A stretch of 64,000 bases of DNA, from the NCBI GenBank assembly GCA_002811645.1, contig PDIP01000059.1:1-64000 (forward strand), given 5' to 3'. This DNA comes from Corallochytrium limacisporum Hawaii. Its lineage: Eukaryota > Protista > Pluriformea. The position numbers were made by a program, and so were the translations under genes. Positions 57,011 through 64,000 of this stretch are shown piece after piece. The notes beneath the pieces are model-generated. The model did no database searches and was not told where the DNA came from. It worked only from the letters and a program-made list of their open reading frames with translations. How positions within the stretch are numbered: position 1 is the first letter of the stretch; each line of letters begins with the position of its first letter.

Positions 57011-60000
57011 ATGCACTTTGCGATGAGTGTGGCACTGCTGAGTATGACTGCCATGATTGTGAATGGTCAACATACGGTTCCAGATCACTCTATAAGAGTG
57101 GATCATCGTTGCCTAGTCATTCAGCGTACACATATTGTTAATAATAAGTTTTTGCACTACCGAAGAGCAGAATCCTTCATTGCTCCGCTGGATGCTCTGG
57201 GTGTTCCGTACGATGTGTATGTGTACACTGCGGCAAAGGAGAATTATATGTGGACGCAGGATTTCTCGGGGATTGTGGCGGAGGAGCCCAGTAGGGGCAA
57301 CAAGAACTGGCGCATTACCCATGGTGTAGAACTGTCAGATATCTTACGACAGGGCCCGAAACATGGTCGCTACAGTTGTTTTCTGAAGACACCAACTGTC
57401 TTCTACGAAGACTGCGGGGACGATCGTCGATGTCATGGTCCTTTTCTCTTTGATCAGTACGCAGAGGATCACCACAACATAGTGTTTACCTACCGGCAAG
57501 AGTTTCAGGCTCGTATGGTTTATATGGGCTGCGCCACGCGTACTGGTATCACGTGCTCTCCTGGCCTCTCCGTGCCACAAGACGAAGGGCTTCTGAAGCA
57601 GATCATGCTCTCCAAAGAAGCACTGAATTCGGACATTTTCCGGGGGTTTAATCCGCATTTTCTACCCTTAGACTTTACAAGTCCCGAGCCTGCAATTATA
57701 AGGCCAGCGGTCATTGATCAATCCGCCGTGGACGTTCCCTACGAGGTTATTGCGCAGACTCTAGACGGGCGCAGTGTCATCCATACTCTGTCCCTTCCAG
57801 GCGTGAACGGTGCGGAGGTCCAGGAAATGTATCTAAACGGCGAGTTTTCTCCATTTGCCGACGATTCGCTCATAGTTGCGTGGGGCATTTGGATTCCCTG
57901 GGCCATGGACGGCTGGCTCGGTGGTGGTGTTCGCCGTGCTCAGCTACTGCAGAGGAGCTGGTGGTATGACACCTGGCCCAATCACCTGAAATACCCTGGC
58001 AAGTTTGCCGACCAGCGTATGGACCGCCTGGTGGATATCTTGTCCTTTAAACATTTAGTGGATGAGGACAAAAACTGCCTGTTTGTCCGCAAAGTCCTCT
58101 TCAAAGAATCGGGAGCCCGTGAATATGGCGAATATTATCCATTTTGCAGCGATGTGGACACGACTTACAGTACCACCGACGACGCTGCTTTTGACGTCGA
58201 CCAACTGGCCGCCCCGGTAGCCTTTACTGACTGGCGAACATGCCTACCAACGGTTACCACGATTTACAACGACCCATCGAACACTGGCAGAGTGAATAAG
58301 AGCCATGTGTATGGTATTGAGCTGTCTGTCCAGCCTATTGATGCCAATGCCAGCAAGTGCAGAGTGGTGCCCGTTAGCAATCTGGACATTATTATTCGAG
58401 AGGATACTGGTAGGCCTGGAAACATTCGTTCGTGGCTGTCGGTGGAAGTGAACGATGACATGTGGTCCACTCAGTATGGCTCTGAGGCGACCGTGTGGAT
58501 CCCTGCCCCAACCAACTACACCAGAGTGATTCCCACTACGTACATTACCTGCAACATGACCGAGTGGGAAATCACTGATCCACAGGGCCCTTGTCCTGAG
58601 GTTTGCGAAAACCCTCCAATCCGAACCCGCGAGCGCCAGGCTCATGCCGTAAAGGAAGAGCAGCCAGGTCAAGAATTGTGTGGCCCTCTCATCGAGGAGT
58701 ACCAGTGCCCCGCAGTGTGCCCCATGGCCTGCCGCCTTGGAGAGTGGAGCGACTACCATCCGTGCACTGCAGATTGTACTCAGACCCGTTTTCGCGACAT
58801 TCTCGTGCCCGCTTCAAACAACGGGTCCTGTGATGACCTCCAACATACTATCAAGTCGTGTCTTCCTGGAGAGAATGCGTGTAGTCCAGATTGTCGACTC
58901 TCTGAGTGGTCCGAATTCGGTGTGTGCACTGATGCGTGTGTGCAAAGCCGTTCCCGCTTCCGCTACCCAGCAGCTGAAGGTGGAGCAGACTGTACTGGAG
59001 ACGATCCATTGGTTGAAGAACGGGAATGCGTTGCTGAGGGGTTCTGCACCCGCGAGTGTGTATTAGGTGAATGGGGCGACTGGTCTGGCTGCAGTGAACA
59101 ATGCCAACAAAAGCGCATGCGGGACGTGGTTGTCGCTCCATGGCTGAAAACATGTCCAAAGAGTATAGAAGAGCGGCAGTGTTCTACGGGAGACTGCGAC
59201 GTTGACTGTATGGTCACGGAATGGACCGAGTGGTCCGTTTGTGACAAGAGGGTGGGAATAGAAGTCCGCAATCGCTTCATCACCCAGCCTCCAAACGCAA
59301 ACGGTACTGACTGTCCAGATCTAGAGATGGTCCGCAATTGTCGCGTTGACTGTGAATTGGAGCAGGACTGGAAAATGGCATCAATTTGCAGTTCCTCTTG
59401 CGAGCAAGAAGTTGTTCGGGACATAAAGTATGAGGCACTAAACAATGGCTCTACCTGTGAGACCATCATTGAGCGTGAACCGTGCACATCCGGCCTCTGC
59501 CAGGAGTCCGAAGTCGAGGGTGTGCAATCGCGCATAAACCTTCAGTCAATTGAGGACCTTCGCAAGGAAGGTGGTCTGATCCAGATCCGGGCTTTGGTCA
59601 AACCACTCGCCGGTAACATGACTCCCTTGTCCCCTGAGGACCGTGTCAAGATTGCTGTGACCAATGCCATCAAAGATCACGATGTATCCTTCGATGACAT
59701 TGTTGTCGCCGGCTACAGCACTGAAAATCGCACAGTAACGGAGGGTGAGGATGCAAAGACTGAACTCTACGACATAATCTTCATATATACCGTGGCAGAA
59801 ACGCAAAATCCCGGCATTTTGGCCTTGCAAGACCCTCCGGTTGCCGCAGGTCAGATTTTGAAGACCTACTCAAAGGGCCAAACCGAGGGGCTAGGCGCCA
59901 ACATGGAGGCCTCAGCAACTACTGGTGAGTACGTCTACGTTTCACAAGACCAGGATGACTCGTGGTCCCCAGTGTTGAAGTACGTTGTGCCAGTTGCAGC

Positions 60001-60421
60001 TGGTCTAGTCTTTGTCGTTTTCATCGTTTTTGCGATTGTGGGAGTGCGGAGGCACTACTCCAAGAAGAAACGTTGTATGGCTGAAAGTACCACCAGCTTG
60101 GACGGTTTCGCTGTCCGGGATTCAAAAGCGGGAGAGATGAGTGACTCGGATATGTCTGTAGCGAGCCGTCAGACCGATCTCGAACGCAATAGTATCGCTT
60201 CAGTCGCGCCCTCAACGCGCAGCCGCAGTGATTCCGTTCGAAACAGTGTTACTGACACACAGAGGTCGAGTCCGCGTGTATCAAGTGTTGTCAAAGACGA
60301 TACGTATAGCACAGTGGCCTCAGGTAGAAATCGAGGAAGTCTCCGGGAACGGAATCCTGTGCCTCAGGAAATGGACGGTGGCTGTGAGAACCGTGGCGAA
60401 GCTAAAGAAACTGGAACATGA
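57011..60421 (+). CDS. Type I membrane protein: signal peptide, Agd3/CBM87-like N-domain, six TSP1 (spondin-type) repeats, TM helix, Ser-rich tail
   Basis: CxxxEWSxWxxC...RxR repeats at about 58547-59500; TM YVVPVAAGLVFVVFIVFAIVGV followed by RRHYSKKKR. Confidence 0.85.
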   Translation: MHFAMSVALLSMTAMIVNGQHTVPDHSIRVDHRCLVIQRTHIVNNKFLHYRRAESFIAPLDALGVPYDVYVYTAAKENYMWTQDFSGIVAEEPSRGNKNWRITHGVELSDILRQGPKHGRYSCFLKTPTVFYEDCGDDRRCHGPFLFDQYAEDHHNIVFTYRQEFQARMVYMGCATRTGITCSPGLSVPQDEGLLKQIMLSKEALNSDIFRGFNPHFLPLDFTSPEPAIIRPAVIDQSAVDVPYEVIAQTLDGRSVIHTLSLPGVNGAEVQEMYLNGEFSPFADDSLIVAWGIWIPWAMDGWLGGGVRRAQLLQRSWWYDTWPNHLKYPGKFADQRMDRLVDILSFKHLVDEDKNCLFVRKVLFKESGAREYGEYYPFCSDVDTTYSTTDDAAFDVDQLAAPVAFTDWRTCLPTVTTIYNDPSNTGRVNKSHVYGIELSVQPIDANASKCRVVPVSNLDIIIREDTGRPGNIRSWLSVEVNDDMWSTQYGSEATVWIPAPTNYTRVIPTTYITCNMTEWEITDPQGPCPEVCENPPIRTRERQAHAVKEEQPGQELCGPLIEEYQCPAVCPMACRLGEWSDYHPCTADCTQTRFRDILVPASNNGSCDDLQHTIKSCLPGENACSPDCRLSEWSEFGVCTDACVQSRSRFRYPAAEGGADCTGDDPLVEERECVAEGFCTRECVLGEWGDWSGCSEQCQQKRMRDVVVAPWLKTCPKSIEERQCSTGDCDVDCMVTEWTEWSVCDKRVGIEVRNRFITQPPNANGTDCPDLEMVRNCRVDCELEQDWKMASICSSSCEQEVVRDIKYEALNNGSTCETIIEREPCTSGLCQESEVEGVQSRINLQSIEDLRKEGGLIQIRALVKPLAGNMTPLSPEDRVKIAVTNAIKDHDVSFDDIVVAGYSTENRTVTEGEDAKTELYDIIFIYTVAETQNPGILALQDPPVAAGQILKTYSKGQTEGLGANMEASATTGEYVYVSQDQDDSWSPVLKYVVPVAAGLVFVVFIVFAIVGVRRHYSKKKRCMAESTTSLDGFAVRDSKAGEMSDSDMSVASRQTDLERNSIASVAPSTRSRSDSVRNSVTDTQRSSPRVSSVVKDDTYSTVASGRNRGSLRERNPVPQEMDGGCENRGEAKETGT

Positions 60422-60663
60422 CTTTTCACATCTTTAACAGGCACAAAGAAAGCAAAAGTGTGGAGACCAAAAAGTTAGCCAAGCAGGGGCAAGAAGTCGG
60501 CCAAGAAACCCCTTTTTAGGTCCTTGAAGTTTCCAATGTATACTCTACTTACGGAACCATCTTTTATTAGAATGACGCACTTCTCTGGCGGAAACGCGCC
60601 ATGGTGATTACTATATTGTAATGGTTTAGTTCTTCATAGGTCCAACGCTAATTGATGGTGAGA

Positions 60664-62082
<1,419 letters not shown>

Positions 62083-63021
62083 CTATTTTGTCTTTGTCGG
62101 TCGTTGCAACCGGGCTGCTCCGCCCAGTCTGCCACTGCCGCAAGAGTGAGCCTCAAATACCAAGAAAGTGATTGTTACAGACCCATGTTTTCGGTGACTT
62201 GCCATTAGGTTTTTATTGAGTCGGCGTCCTGTGAAATATTTTCCATGGTCTCTGTGGCGGAGGACAGCAGTCGTGCAGAAGACACAGGGTGTCTTTTTGC
62301 CGACAGCTCACCGCAGCAGTGTTTGACCGGTGGGCGGTCGATGGCTGTTTCTCCTCAACAGTCCGTGGTGGGAAGGGAAGGGATACCCGACCCGATGGGT
62401 GCCCGTGTGTTGCCACCCGCACCACCCAATACTAAAACCCTCGGACCGCCACCACACAGGTGCTTCTGCTCTCCACCAGAGCGGTGCGGGGAAGCGGGCG
62501 GCAACCAGGCAGAATCCCAAAAAAACCGGTGCACTGGAGTCGCAACGACACTCTCTGCACGAAGCGGCGCGCCGCCTGTGTAGCACACGCCCGTGCAAAA
62601 AACACACTGTGAGCACCTGGACATAACTATGATGTCCGTATATGTTTTATCATTTACCATAAGATAGAATTTTAATTTATATAGTTCCCGTGTGATTTGT
62701 GTCCACCCACCCACAGGGTTCCCGCCTGGGATCTGGGCCCCCTTCTCCCAACCCAACCTTTCCTCGGGCTCTCACCCTCCGCCGAGTAAAATAGGCCCCC
62801 GTTTCCGTGCCAGAGGGAGGAGTGGGAGAGAAAGAAAAGAGGGGGGGGGCCAAGAAAGCTCTGACCTCGCTTGTCTGCCCTTGCCCTAAAATATGGAAAT
62901 GTACATTGTCACTTAGATGAAGATTACAATCAACGGTTGGAAAAATAATATTGTTCTCTATCTCACTAGCTTTCCGGAGACTTTGGGTTTGAATCCTGTA
63001 CAAAGGCATGTACCAGTGTCT

Positions 63022-64000
63022 CTACATGACCGCCTCAACGGCTTTCCGGAAGAGGGACGCAACGTAGGGTTCCAGAGCACGGATAGTGACGTTATACTTT
63101 TGCTGCTCTCTTGACGTCTCCAGGCGCATTAATACACCGACTTGTTTGTCACCAAGTTTGATAATGCCAGCAGCAACGACATTGGCAGGATTGGGGTCGA
63201 CTCCCTGCAAAATCTCCATATTAAGGCCCTGGATCCGGTCCTGTACGTCGGTCATGTCAATGGGACGCTTGGCGTCGTTCATTTGCTGGCTCTGTTTGCC
63301 GTCCAGTGTCTTCCATCGTCCAATGAAGTCGGATCCTTGCATTGGCACCGGGTTGCTGAATTTCGTGATGAAAATCGGCACATAGAACACGGCAGTCCGG
63401 TGTACGCCATTTGGTCCTGCGTAGGTCACGAACACAATGGGGTGATCCTCAAACGGTTCCAGTGCCTCCGCGTTCAAAACTTGTGATGTTTGGCCCTGGG
63501 GTGCGAGCTCACTGTTTTCCGGTGGCTTGAGCTGCAAACGTACCTGTCCCTTAACACCCAGAGTGTACATTTTCACGTCCAGGGCACTGATGGGTTGCGA
63601 AGTCTTGTTACCGTAGAAGAACGTGTAGCGGCCCAAGTTGTCTTTAAATTGACATTGCGCGCCGATCTGCAAGACATCGTCTTCAAATACTACGCCGCGG
63701 TCCACGGTCCAGAACTTTTGCAGGAACTGTTCAGCCTGGGGAGGTACACCAGACATGGGCATCTCCTGCAGCTCCCAACTGTTGTCCTCTTCGGGCTGTC
63801 CGGATCCATTGATCAGGTCTCCTTCCTGCTGTGCCTGGGCATCTGCGGCGGCGTCCGCCGCGTAGCCACTGAAATCTCCGCCGGTGGCAGAACCTCGGGT
63901 GACGGGTATGGCATCGTAGACACCTTCATTTGCACCCTTCTGTGCGCGCTCGCCAGCTTCCTTCTGCTTCGCCAGACGCTGCGCCAACCCAGATTCACGC
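63022..64000 (-). CDS. AP2A: AP-2 complex subunit alpha, C-terminal hinge and appendage (5' part outside the window)
   Basis: GVVFEDDVLQIG, FFYGNKT, ITKF..P.....FIGRWKTL, VDPNPANVVAAG and GVLMRLE. Confidence 0.9.
   Translation of the reverse strand, partial: RESGLAQRLAKQKEAGERAQKGANEGVYDAIPVTRGSATGGDFSGYAADAAADAQAQQEGDLINGSGQPEEDNSWELQEMPMSGVPPQAEQFLQKFWTVDRGVVFEDDVLQIGAQCQFKDNLGRYTFFYGNKTSQPISALDVKMYTLGVKGQVRLQLKPPENSELAPQGQTSQVLNAEALEPFEDHPIVFVTYAGPNGVHRTAVFYVPIFITKFSNPVPMQGSDFIGRWKTLDGKQSQQMNDAKRPIDMTDVQDRIQGLNMEILQGVDPNPANVVAAGIIKLGDKQVGVLMRLETSREQQKYNVTIRALEPYVASLFRKAVEAVM

Overview
Eukaryotic genomic DNA with 18 protein-coding genes, essentially all without introns. The genes are separated by very short convergent spacers or by 3-7.5 kb intergenic blocks rich in microsatellites and C/G homopolymers, and there are two N gaps. 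An ATP8B-type flippase, a CNC-like bZIP and an NDFIP-like protein, plus the lack of introns, suggest an intron-poor unicellular holozoan such as Corallochytrium (inference only). Recognisable genes: P4-ATPase, Spt7-like, VAMP, MSH3, PUM3/Puf6, PNKP, GT77-type glycosyltransferase, DXO/Rai1, ZIP transporter, GH18 chitinase, front-end desaturase, NDFIP/Bsd2-like, CDC7, bZIP, FHIT, TSP1-repeat receptor, RUVBL2 and the 3' end of AP-2 alpha. There is also one uncharacterised multidomain gene. The strongest hidden signal is a further gene that the ORF track splits in two: an AhpC/peroxiredoxin-like selenoprotein (42375-43103) with an in-frame TGA in a W-U-P-Y-C motif and a candidate SECIS about 50 nt after its stop. 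Other notable items are a DXO gene broken by a one-base frame change at a TAG, recurrent CnGn palindromes about 320-530 bp upstream of start codons, E2F-type sites before MSH3/PNKP/CDC7, a putative structured ncRNA behind a TATA box, and a receptor joining an Agd3/CBM87-like domain to TSP1 repeats. All family assignments come from recognising motifs by eye; no database search was run.
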